Of a stretch of DNA of 64,000 bases, positions 47,201 to 55,067 are shown piece after piece. The stretch is from Lachnospiraceae bacterium (lineage in GTDB: Bacteria; Bacillota; Clostridia; Lachnospirales; Lachnospiraceae). A program made the translations under genes and the position numbers. The DNA lies in contig JAFRWW010000009.1 in the NCBI GenBank assembly GCA_017441585.1, positions 4,456 to 68,455 on the forward strand. The letters run 5' to 3'. Below the pieces are notes generated by a model. The model saw nothing but the letters and a program-made list of their open reading frames with translations. It did no database searches and was not told where the DNA came from. Position 1 is the first letter of the stretch. The number at the start of each line of letters is the position of its first letter.

Positions 47201-47851
47201 AAACTTGGGCTGATAATATACGGTAAACTGGTGGGTCTCCAGCGCACTCTTCATCTCATTTAAGATTTCCTGCTCCTGAAGTATCCGCCTTCTTATCTTT
47301 TCGTCATAGACGGCATAGCTCTTCTCATAACTGCCTTTGATCTCCAGTATGGCCAGATTCGCCCTGTCGCACATGATGCTAACCTGAATATTGGGATCGT
47401 GGACATGATAGAAGCCACAGCGGGTGATGATATTTACGGAAAGCGGATAATCAAAGAACCAGTCATCCAGAACTCCCGTGATCTTGTCATATATATCCGG
47501 CTCATTGGGGAGACATATGGCAAAATTGTCTGCGGTAAGTCTCGCGATGGTCCCGTAATCTCCCACAAAATCACGCAGGTGATTGGACATATACACCAGG
47601 AGCTTATCTCCCTCATAGGTGCCGAACAGATCGTTTACAAGCTTGAATTTATCTATGTTGATGCAACAGATAACAAACTCCTCTTCAGGATTACCCTGAA
47701 TAAGAGCTGCCGTAGAACTGTAGAAACCTCTTCTATTATTTATTCCGGTAAGGGCATCCTTCTGCAGAATGTCCTGATATTTCTCATGTACGCCGTAGGA
47801 CACGTGTCCCTTAGAGTCACGGCCGGCATCGCCATTAAGCATTTTCATCAT
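44276..47851 (-). CDS. c-di-GMP phosphodiesterase-type multidomain protein: degenerate GGDEF, EAL, PAS-like region, second degenerate GGDEF
   Basis: EAL motifs are intact (EALVRW, QLEITE, DDFGSGYSSL, KLD, EGVET, QGY). The GGDEF site reads TADNF in the N-terminal domain and CDDQF in the C-terminal domain. The start is one of three clustered ATGs (47851/47848/47842) after GGGGGGA. The track start at 47908 is unlikely. Confidence 0.85.
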   Translation of the reverse strand: MMKMLNGDAGRDSKGHVSYGVHEKYQDILQKDALTGINNRRGFYSSTAALIQGNPEEEFVICCINIDKFKLVNDLFGTYEGDKLLVYMSNHLRDFVGDYGTIARLTADNFAICLPNEPDIYDKITGVLDDWFFDYPLSVNIITRCGFYHVHDPNIQVSIMCDRANLAILEIKGSYEKSYAVYDEKIRRRILQEQEILNEMKSALETHQFTVYYQPKFNMESGKLIGSEALVRWIHPEKGIISPGVFVPVFEKNGFISALDQYVWECVCRDLREWIDEGYTVCPVSINVSRAELYNKDLTAFLISLVEKYNIPQEYIQLEITESAVTDDPEQMIRMIMDLKSSGFVILMDDFGSGYSSLNTLKDVPVDVLKLDLKFLYNMDHNVKANYILKSVVEMAMRLDLIVIAEGVETETQAAFLKSIGCIRAQGYLYAKPMPKKEIEIFLSDPDKVTASDDNARIGIINAEDMTEGFHSDDELSWYRTALVQMMAMLFQYDLENDILMIYDMKTGEGSKEMSRIEITSFKKSVTSGAYIFPDDAGELDRMINDRDIRSYDMRLRGVGGMSQGFRWFRMDGKILTTSDGTPRAIVGALRDISNEKAEDALLDILSAFETQKDERVIIDRILAAINYGVAAQSTGLIFTRTRGVNELGGVSLSVDGKRQVYYDPKVIRKLDEHIMRLPADKYGLSILSINDYDSYDDSLQEFFFSGGERHVTLYRTALNDQMTVVIFTTYDASDKQFTDSDLKHLGEMCKSVRNNLSKLYTDKLERENMKMYSYAFKNSNVKIWEWDIETGLLHRSANAIDDDGMGEWIQNVPDVYIESKSIHPDFVEDYRNAYNDLRNGKNAVVMVKKIQRDATYIWMHIDYTVIFDADGNPIKAIGLGEDVNQLYQNQTRERQLLLDQNMDKTVADRMIFRIDFDDDLITEVRGSFSYVKKDMKYSELIKELLAHHVSEQSAEMFRNYTAVEGIVREYVDGNQCFTKTYRYMDSNGKMNWRAIDVDVFTNKEGHMCAMVRLRSLNKCAEYEKYIKGDVQWNDILCLYEKESFEDMVRGAVRDEQDMKGALMIVDMDKSSIIREALGTKYLNELMVNVIAIIKSMIPDDVILGRMCDDQFGIFIPGPISSRAVFVIYRELQKSLFSAFSIRNRNYVLSASIGLIFTQQYEGDPEDIIDAVMDDMILAKSHSSNKKKLKR

Positions 47852-47974
47852 TCCCCCCGCCGGACACCTGTCCGACAACAAACCATGTATGGATATAAAA
47901 CCACACATATATGTTCATTTTAACAAAAAACAAGCCTTTCGTCTACTAAAAGATGTAAAAAATCAACGAATCCG

Positions 47975-49048
47975 TCACTGGTTCATCTTCAGCAGCTTGG
48001 CAGCCTGATCTGCGGATATGCACGCATCCAGGATCTCCTGTATATCACCGTCCATAACCTTGTCCAGCTTGTACATAGTGAGATTGATCCTGTGGTCCGT
48101 GACACGTCCCTGGGGGAAATTATAGGTTCTGATCTTTTCGGATCTGTCACCTGTTCCGATCTGACTCTTTCGAAGCTGAGCCTCATCGTCATGTCTCTTT
48201 TGCTGCTCCAGATCATAAAGCTTTGCCTTCAACAGATTAAAGGCCTTTTCCTTATTCTGGATCTGGGATTTTTCAGTCTGGGAATAGATGACTATCCCCG
48301 TGGGATAATGAGTCAGTCTCACGGCTGAATCGGTGGTATTGACGCACTGACCGCCATTTCCGGAAGCTCTCATCACATCTATCCTTATATCCTTATCCTC
48401 GATCTTTATATCGATATCATCATCCACCTGAGGCATCACTGCCACGGAAATGGTGGAGGTATGTATCCTGCCGCCGGACTCGGTCTCGGGGACTCTCTGT
48501 ACCCTGTGGACGCCGCTCTCATATTTCATGACGGAATAGGCTCCCTGGCCCTTGATCATGAACTGTACTTCCTTCATGCCACCGATGCCTATCTCGTCCA
48601 CATTCAAAAGCTCCGTCCGCCAGTTACGCCCCTCGGCGTAATGTACATACATACGGTATATCTCGGCGGCAAAAAGAGCGGATTCGTCTCCGCCGGCCCC
48701 TGCCCTTATCTCCACTATGACGTCCTTATCATCATTAGGGTCCTTGGGAAGGAGCAGTACCTTAAGCTTCTGAGTCAGTTCCTCATTGCGCTTCTTTGCA
48801 TCGGAGAGTTCTTCCTTGAGCATCTCCCTCATCTCCTCATCGTTTTCCGAATCCAGAAGTGAAAGGGAGTCCTCTATATCCTGCTGACTCATTTTATATG
48901 CCTTATAGGCCTCCACTATGGGCTTTAATTCACTTTCTTCCTTGCTGAGCATCCTGAAACGGTTGGGGTCCGATGCGGTGTCCGGCATTCCCAGAAGATT
49001 CAGTACTTCTTCATATCTGTGCAGCAGATCTTCCAGCTTATCAAACAT
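47975..49048 (-). CDS. prfA: peptide chain release factor 1
   Basis: GGQ motif ([10 protein letters not shown]) and an RF1-type recognition loop, [16 protein letters not shown] chose the start MFDKLEDLL at 49048 (AGGA 8 nt upstream). Confidence 0.95.
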   Translation of the reverse strand: MFDKLEDLLHRYEEVLNLLGMPDTASDPNRFRMLSKEESELKPIVEAYKAYKMSQQDIEDSLSLLDSENDEEMREMLKEELSDAKKRNEELTQKLKVLLLPKDPNDDKDVIVEIRAGAGGDESALFAAEIYRMYVHYAEGRNWRTELLNVDEIGIGGMKEVQFMIKGQGAYSVMKYESGVHRVQRVPETESGGRIHTSTISVAVMPQVDDDIDIKIEDKDIRIDVMRASGNGGQCVNTTDSAVRLTHYPTGIVIYSQTEKSQIQNKEKAFNLLKAKLYDLEQQKRHDDEAQLRKSQIGTGDRSEKIRTYNFPQGRVTDHRINLTMYKLDKVMDGDIQEILDACISADQAAKLLKMNQ

Positions 49049-49049
49049 T

Positions 49050-49898
49050 TTATCTTTCCTTTCGTGCATACACTACACGGTCAAGTCCTGCCAGGTCTTT
49101 TATGATCCTGATATCGTCAAAATAATTCTCCTCCAGGATATCCATGACATCCTGAGCCTGGTCAAAGCCGATCTCCATGATCAGCTTGCCTTCATTTTCA
49201 AGATGGGTATCACAGCCGTCAATAATGCGTCTGTAGATATCGAGGCCGTCCTCCCCGCCGTCAAGAGCCAGAATGGGATCGTGATCCCTGACCTCCGGCA
49301 TCAGCTGCTCGATATCGGAGCTTTTTATATATGGCGGATTGGCCAGTATGACATCATACACTCCCGTTATATTTTCATAGACATCGCTCTTTATGAAGGA
49401 TGCCTTTCCGTTGATCCTGACGGAGAGCCTCTCATAATTCTCCTTCGCCACCTTAAGTGCAGCCTCAGATATATCGCTTCCCACTCCGATGATATTATTC
49501 TTAAAACACATGAGGGACAAAAGGACACAGCCGCTGCCCGTACACAGATCCAGCACCCTGTCGGAGTCCGAAACGGCGATCAGCGCTTCCTCCACCAGGA
49601 TCTCCGTATCCTGCCGGGGGATGAGCACATCCCTGTTCACGATGAAATCCAGGCCCATAAACTCCTGATGCCCGGTGAGATGCTGCAAAGGAACCCTCTG
49701 CGCCCTGAGTCTGATGAGATTCTCATATTCGCGCTCCTCATCCTCGGTGAGCCGTCTTTCGCTGTTGACATACAGATCGTTGTGACAGGTATTGCACACA
49801 TGTTCCAGCAAAAGCCTGGCGTTTAACGCCTCCTCAGGCACGTCGGCGACTTCCAGTCTGATCTTTCCCCATTCATAGGCTTTACGGTAATTCACCAT
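49050..49898 (-). CDS. prmC: release factor glutamine N5-methyltransferase
   Basis: SAM motif VLDLCTGSG and catalytic NPPY (ILANPPYI). Located immediately upstream of prfA. Confidence 0.9.
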   Translation of the reverse strand: MVNYRKAYEWGKIRLEVADVPEEALNARLLLEHVCNTCHNDLYVNSERRLTEDEEREYENLIRLRAQRVPLQHLTGHQEFMGLDFIVNRDVLIPRQDTEILVEEALIAVSDSDRVLDLCTGSGCVLLSLMCFKNNIIGVGSDISEAALKVAKENYERLSVRINGKASFIKSDVYENITGVYDVILANPPYIKSSDIEQLMPEVRDHDPILALDGGEDGLDIYRRIIDGCDTHLENEGKLIMEIGFDQAQDVMDILEENYFDDIRIIKDLAGLDRVVYARKER

Positions 49899-50853
49899 TT
49901 TCCCCCTTCAATTCCTGCAAGTAAGCACGCCAGTCAAAAACTTCCTCCACGGCGCGTATGGCCACCTCGGCCATTTTTTCATCAGGTTCCCTGGTGGTCA
50001 GCTTCTGCACGCAAAGACCCGGCATGGACAGGATCTTAACTATGGGATTACTGCTGCTGCCCGCCCATCTGATGATCTCATAGGATATACCCGCTATCAC
50101 GGGAATGAGCACCAGGCGAATGGCAAATCTCATAAGTCTGGAATCCGTCCGGATGAACATAAACAGGATTATGCTGACTATGAGAACAAAGACCATGAAA
50201 CTGGTGCCACACCGGGGATGGAGCCTGTCAGACTTCATCACATTCTCCACGTTAAGCTCCATGCCGTTTTCCACACAGTTGATGCACTTATGCTCGGCGC
50301 CGTGATACATATACACCCTCTTAATATCATCCATGAGGGAGATCGCAGCCACATAAGCCACAAAGATTATAAGCTTAAGCAAAGCTTCAAAGATCAGGAT
50401 AAGTGTATTGGATTTTACCACATTTCGAAGAAGCTCCGACAAAAAATAAGGCAGGAACATGAAAAGTCCCAGAGAGAGGACCAGTGAAAAGCATACTGTA
50501 AGTCCCATCATGAGAGGAGATATCCCTTTTTCCTTATCCTCCTTTTTTGAGGTATCATCAGCACCCTTTTCAGTACCTTTTACAGTGCCTTCCTCCTCGT
50601 CCTCTTCAAAAAATTCCGCAGACCAGCCCAAAGTCTTCATTCCAAGGACCAGGGAATTGATCATGACAAAGGTGCCTCTGATAAACGGAAGGGAAGTTAT
50701 CTTTTCGGGAATGGGAGGCTCGTAGGTGCCTGTCATGACTTCGATCTCACCGTCACTCTTTCTCACAGCCACGGAATACTTTTCCTTATTGCGCATCATG
50801 ATGCCTTCCATGACCGCCTGTCCGCCTATCCCGCTGTATCTCTTTTTTGACAT
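49882..50853 (-). CDS. DUF1385-family membrane protein (YqhQ-like)
   Basis: N-terminal GGQAVMEGIMMR, then a YHGAEHK metal-binding-like motif and 4-5 TM segments. The rpmE/prmC neighbourhood is typical for this family. Confidence 0.75.
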   Translation of the reverse strand: MSKKRYSGIGGQAVMEGIMMRNKEKYSVAVRKSDGEIEVMTGTYEPPIPEKITSLPFIRGTFVMINSLVLGMKTLGWSAEFFEEDEEEGTVKGTEKGADDTSKKEDKEKGISPLMMGLTVCFSLVLSLGLFMFLPYFLSELLRNVVKSNTLILIFEALLKLIIFVAYVAAISLMDDIKRVYMYHGAEHKCINCVENGMELNVENVMKSDRLHPRCGTSFMVFVLIVSIILFMFIRTDSRLMRFAIRLVLIPVIAGISYEIIRWAGSSSNPIVKILSMPGLCVQKLTTREPDEKMAEVAIRAVEEVFDWRAYLQELKGENGELP

Positions 50854-50871
50854 ATTTTAATTCCTTAAACA

Positions 50872-50905
50872 TAGAAAGCCGTTGCCTTTATAAAAGGCAA
50901 CGGCA
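50872..50905 (-). terminator. rho-independent terminator of rpmE
   Basis: 9-bp perfect stem gccgttgcc/ggcaacggc (50879-50887 / 50897-50905), followed on the minus strand by TTTCTATGTTT. Confidence 0.7.
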
Positions 50906-50928
50906 TCCGTTAAACTGCAAAGTAAAAA

Positions 50929-51135
50929 CTAGTTCTGTGTCACACCATACTTCTTATTGAACTTATCGATTCGTCCGGCTACTCTTGCAGCCTTCTGCTG
51001 TCCCGTGTAGAAGGGATGGCACTTTGAACAGATTTCCACGTGGATATCTTCCTTGGTGGAACCGGTGATAAAAGTGTTACCGCAGTTACAGGTAACCTTT
51101 GCCTGATAATAGTTAGGATGTATTCCTTCTTTCAT
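50929..51135 (-). CDS. rpmE: 50S ribosomal protein L31 (zinc-binding type A)
   Basis: 68 aa: MKEGIHPNY...CNCGN...[10 protein letters not shown]. Confidence 0.96.
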   Translation of the reverse strand: MKEGIHPNYYQAKVTCNCGNTFITGSTKEDIHVEICSKCHPFYTGQQKAARVAGRIDKFNKKYGVTQN

Positions 51136-51222
51136 TACATAACCTCCTTACTGCAATCCTGCATACAACTTGCGGTTTCCCTCGCTGCTGCTCAAAAGGA
51201 TTGAACTACAAACAACCATGAT

Positions 51223-51252
51223 ATATTAGCATACATATACTTAAATATGCAA
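51223..51252 (-). promoter_or_regulatory. sigma-A type promoter of rpmE
   Basis: Minus sense: TTGCAT (51247-51252), 18-nt spacer, TAATAT (51223-51228). An about 85-nt leader contains a CAATCC...GGATTG stem. Confidence 0.5.
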
Positions 51253-51259
51253 GCATTTT

Positions 51260-52645
51260 TTAAAATATGGGGGATTTATTTATCCTGTCCACAAATTCCC
51301 TGTTATCGCGGGTCTTCACGAACATGTTGAGTATCTGCTCCACCGCGTCGTCAGGCTTTAGTCCGTTAAGCCCCTTTCTCAGAGCATTTACCGCATCCAG
51401 TTCCTCAGGCGTGAGCAGCAGATCCTCCCTTCTGGTACCGGACTTGGGAATGTCGATGGCGGGGAACACCCTCTTTTCCTGAAGCTTACGGTTAAGGATC
51501 ATCTCCATGTTACCGGTGCCCTTAAACTCCTCGTAGACCACATCGTCCATCTTTGATCCGGTCTCCACCAGAGCCGTGGCAAGGATGGTCAGAGAGCCGC
51601 CCTCCCTCATGTTTCTGGCGGCGCCGAAAAATCTCTTGGGCATGTGCAGTGCCGCGGGATCCAAACCTCCGGAAAGAGTACGTCCCGACGGGGGCACCGT
51701 AAGATTATAAGCCCTGGCCAGACGTGTGATGGAGTCCAGAAGTATCATGACGTCACGGCCATGCTCCACCAGACGCTTCGCCCTTTCAATCACCATCTCG
51801 GACACTCTCTTATGATGCTCAGGCAGTTCGTCAAAGGTGGAATATATGACCTCCACATGTCTGCCTTCCACATTTTCCTTTATATCCGTCACTTCCTCGG
51901 GTCTTTCATCAATCAGAAGGATGATGAGATACATATCGGGATAATTATGGGTTATGGACTTTGCCACATTCTTTAAAAGGGTGGTCTTTCCGGCCTTGGG
52001 GGGAGATACTATCATACCTCTCTGCCCCTTTCCCACGGGGCTCATTAGATCCATGATCCTCATGGCCACGCTGGACTGGCCCATCTCAAGTCTCAGTCTC
52101 TCCTTGGGAAAGACAGGGGTGAGATCCTCAAAATTGGGACGACGCTGTGCCTCGGTTGGATGAAGCCCGTTTATGGATTTCACATACAAAAGGGCGGAGA
52201 ATTTCTCTCCCTGTGTCTTCACCCTGGTATTACCCACCACTATATCGCCGGTCTTAAGATTAAACCTGCGTATCTGACTGGGGGCGACATACACATCCGC
52301 CTCTCCCGGAAGATAATTATCCGAACGTATGAATCCGTAACCGTCAGGCAGCACTTCCAATATTCCGTTTGCTATGATACCCGAATCCAGCGCCTCCTTA
52401 TCGGCAGGTACACTGTCTTCCTTGTTATCCTTTTCGGGAGCGGCCTCGACAACAGGTGCTGCCGGCTTTTTTTCCGTACTCCCGATCTTTGAAAAATCGC
52501 CTTCGACTCTGTTCTCCTCCTCATCCTTTTCACACATAAGGTTGATGATGTCAGCCTTTTTCATGGTAGAGATACCCTTAAGGCCTCTGGCCTTGGCGAT
52601 CTCCTTCAGGTCCATGAGCGAAAGCGACTCGTACTTTTCTCTCAT
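51260..52645 (-). CDS. rho: transcription termination factor Rho
   Basis: N-terminal SAP-like segment plus an insertion, a CSD-like RNA-binding motif [14 protein letters not shown], Walker [11 protein letters not shown] and Q/R loops. Confidence 0.96.
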   Translation of the reverse strand: MREKYESLSLMDLKEIAKARGLKGISTMKKADIINLMCEKDEEENRVEGDFSKIGSTEKKPAAPVVEAAPEKDNKEDSVPADKEALDSGIIANGILEVLPDGYGFIRSDNYLPGEADVYVAPSQIRRFNLKTGDIVVGNTRVKTQGEKFSALLYVKSINGLHPTEAQRRPNFEDLTPVFPKERLRLEMGQSSVAMRIMDLMSPVGKGQRGMIVSPPKAGKTTLLKNVAKSITHNYPDMYLIILLIDERPEEVTDIKENVEGRHVEVIYSTFDELPEHHKRVSEMVIERAKRLVEHGRDVMILLDSITRLARAYNLTVPPSGRTLSGGLDPAALHMPKRFFGAARNMREGGSLTILATALVETGSKMDDVVYEEFKGTGNMEMILNRKLQEKRVFPAIDIPKSGTRREDLLLTPEELDAVNALRKGLNGLKPDDAVEQILNMFVKTRDNREFVDRINKSPIF

Positions 52646-52708
52646 ATAAGCCTCCTAATGTAAACCCACATAAACGTGAATTACCGTCTCCAGACAATTT
52701 GCATTGGG

Positions 52709-52729
52709 AAAAAGCCCCGGAACCGGGAC
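52709..52729 (-). terminator. short GC hairpin plus U5, either a 5'-terminal stem of the rho mRNA or a terminator of the malic-enzyme gene
   Basis: Minus sense GUCCCGG-UU-CCGGGGC followed by UUUUU. It lies immediately downstream of the predicted rho promoter -10. Confidence 0.4.
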
Positions 52730-52735
52730 GAATTA

Positions 52736-52764
52736 ATTATATATATTAATTTCAAAAATGACAA
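52736..52764 (-). promoter_or_regulatory. sigma-A type promoter of rho
   Basis: Minus sense: TTGTCA (52759-52764), 17-nt spacer, TATAAT (52736-52741). Confidence 0.6.
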
Positions 52765-52830
52765 GTACTTTTTATCAGTCGACAGGATCGATAGATGAGA
52801 TCAATCAATGGGATCGGTCGGTGTGACCGA

Positions 52831-53982
52831 TCAGTTGATATGATCGATCACGGCCTTTGATACCACACCCACCAGTCTCTCATCAAAAATATCGGGGAGT
52901 ACCTTATCTTCACTGAGTTCCTCATCCGTAATGAGGGAGGCAATAGCCTTGGCTGCTGCCAGCTTCATCTCCTGGGTGATCTGTCCGGCCCTGCCCTCCA
53001 AAGCGCCCTTGAAGATTCCGGGGAATGCCACCACATTATTCACCTGGTTGGGGAAGTCGGAACGGCCTGTTCCCACTACCCTTGCGCCGGCTTTCTTTGC
53101 CACATCGGGATAGATCTCAGGATCCGGATTGGACATTGCGAACACAATGGGATCCGGTCTCATGGACTTTATCATATCTTCACTTACCACATTGGGAACG
53201 GATACGCCGATAAAGATATCGGATTCCTTCATGGCGTCTGCGAGAGTTCCCTGTATCCTGTCACGGTTTGTGACCGAAGCTATCTCCTTCTTTATCCAGT
53301 TGAGCTTTTCCCTGCCCTCATATACCACGCCGGTGCTGTCGCACAGGATGATATCCACGAAACCGTAGTCCATGAGAAGCTTTGTAATGGCTATGCCCGC
53401 TGCGCCTGCACCGTTTACCACTACCCTGCACTCTTCCTTCTTTTTACCGGTCAGCCTGAGGGCGTTTATCACGCCGGCCAGCACTACTATAGCCGTGCCA
53501 TGCTGGTCATCATGGAATACCGGAATGTTCAGTTCTTTTTTAAGCGCCTCCTCTATCTCGAAGCACCTGGGAGCGGATATATCCTCGAGGTTTATACCGC
53601 CGAAAGAAGGCGCCAGATATTTCACTGCCTTGATTATCTCCTGAGGATCCTGGGTGTCCAGACAGATGGGCACCGCATTCACGCCGCCGAACTCCTTGAA
53701 CAGAGCGCACTTTCCTTCCATTACGGGCATGGCTGCAAGAGGTCCTATATTCCCCAGTCCCAGAACCGCCGAACCATCTGATACCACTGCGACGGTATTG
53801 GCCTTCATGGTATATTCATAAGCCTTATCAGGCTCCTTTGCTATCACGCGGCAGGGCTCTGCCACTCCGGGTGTGTATGCTATGGAAAGATCCTCTCTTG
53901 TCTTTATAGGGGACTTTGAATTGATGCTTAATTTTCCGTTCCATTCCTTATGTGCTTCAAGTGCTCTCTGATTGATATCCAT
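52831..53982 (-). CDS. NAD(P)-dependent malic enzyme (short form)
   Basis: 383 aa with motifs LSIAYTPGVA, VSDGSAVLGLGNIG, FGGINLEDI and the Rossmann motif VVNGAGAAGIA. Confidence 0.9.
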   Translation of the reverse strand: MDINQRALEAHKEWNGKLSINSKSPIKTREDLSIAYTPGVAEPCRVIAKEPDKAYEYTMKANTVAVVSDGSAVLGLGNIGPLAAMPVMEGKCALFKEFGGVNAVPICLDTQDPQEIIKAVKYLAPSFGGINLEDISAPRCFEIEEALKKELNIPVFHDDQHGTAIVVLAGVINALRLTGKKKEECRVVVNGAGAAGIAITKLLMDYGFVDIILCDSTGVVYEGREKLNWIKKEIASVTNRDRIQGTLADAMKESDIFIGVSVPNVVSEDMIKSMRPDPIVFAMSNPDPEIYPDVAKKAGARVVGTGRSDFPNQVNNVVAFPGIFKGALEGRAGQITQEMKLAAAKAIASLITDEELSEDKVLPDIFDERLVGVVSKAVIDHIN

Positions 53983-53995
53983 TTTTTACCTCCAT

Positions 53996-54040
53996 GTCAT
54001 CCTGAGCTTTGTCCTAAGGGGCGCTAAACGTCCGGTGGAC
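53996..54040. repeat. intergenic repeat: junction of elements A and B, in the opposite orientation to the 7276-7408 copy
   Basis: gtcatcctgagctttgtcctaaggggcgctaaacgtccggtggac matches the reverse complement of 7361-7408 apart from a 3-nt indel and a few mismatches. It starts 2 nt upstream of the malic-enzyme SD (GGAGGT). Confidence 0.75.
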
Positions 54041-54068
54041 TATCAAAACTTCATTTATTTAAGCCCGG

Positions 54069-55031
54069 TCAATATACAAAAACCGCAGCGCACCATGTCA
54101 GTCCTGCGCCGAAGCCAGCCATTACGGTCTGCATCCCTCTTTGCACGGTACCGTTCCTGATCTGGGTATCCAGAAGGATAGGCACACAGGCCGCCGACAT
54201 GTTTCCAAATTCCGACATGATGAGAGGGAATTTCTCCATGGGTCTTTTAAGCCGCTTAGCCACAGCCTCTATTATCCGAAGGTTTGCCTGATGCAAAAGG
54301 AATACATCCACATCCTGGGCCGTCACGCCTGCCTTTTCCATGGCGTCCTCTATGGCGCGGGGCACAGTCTTTACCGCGAACTTAAATACCTCCTGACCGT
54401 CCATATGGGTATGGTCAAGGGATGATTCATTCTTTAAAAAGGGATTGTTTATGGGTCTGTTATTACAATAAAGCGCATCTCCCTTTGTGCCGTCGGAGCC
54501 ACTTGAAAAGGTCACCACGGCGTCCTTGTCATAATCCACAATACATGCGCCGGCCCCGTCTCCGAAGAGCACACAGGTACCGCGGTCTGTCCAGTCCGTC
54601 ATCTTGGAAAGGATCTCTGCGCCTACCAGAAGAGCCCTTTTGGCACCGCCGGTGGCAAAATATCCGTTTGCGATCTGAAGCGCAAACAGAAAGCCGCTGC
54701 AGGCAGCATTTATATCAAAAGCTATGGCATTGACCGCGCCTATATTGGCCTGAAGTTCACAGGCGGCGCTGGGATATATCCTGTCGGGAGACAGCGTCCC
54801 CACTATGATGAGGTCTATGGAATCGGCTGTAACGTGCGCCATCTCCATAGCCTTTTCGGAAGCCTCCTTTGCCAGATCGTTAAGAGTCTCTCCCGTGGAT
54901 ATATATCTGTTTTTTATGCCTGTTCTCTGACTGATCCACTCGTCAGAAGTGTCCACAAATTTTGCAATATCATCATTTGAAACCGCGTTCGCAGGCACTG
55001 CTCTGCCGGTTCCCATTATCCTGAATCCCAT
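54069..55031 (-). CDS. fabH: beta-ketoacyl-ACP synthase III
   Basis: Active-site motif NAACSGF, plus HQANLRI and GNMSAA. I chose the ATG at 55031 (GAGAGG 6 nt upstream). The track start is a TTG. Confidence 0.92.
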   Translation of the reverse strand: MGFRIMGTGRAVPANAVSNDDIAKFVDTSDEWISQRTGIKNRYISTGETLNDLAKEASEKAMEMAHVTADSIDLIIVGTLSPDRIYPSAACELQANIGAVNAIAFDINAACSGFLFALQIANGYFATGGAKRALLVGAEILSKMTDWTDRGTCVLFGDGAGACIVDYDKDAVVTFSSGSDGTKGDALYCNNRPINNPFLKNESSLDHTHMDGQEVFKFAVKTVPRAIEDAMEKAGVTAQDVDVFLLHQANLRIIEAVAKRLKRPMEKFPLIMSEFGNMSAACVPILLDTQIRNGTVQRGMQTVMAGFGAGLTWCAAVFVY

Positions 55032-55067
55032 TATCAACCTCTCTAATATACATCCGACGTAAAACCG

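Noticed and set aside
47975-49069. A programmed frameshift, as in release factor genes.
   Set aside because: The gene is RF1-type (PET/GGQ) with a single uninterrupted frame. The +1 frameshift is a feature of prfB (RF2), which is not present here.
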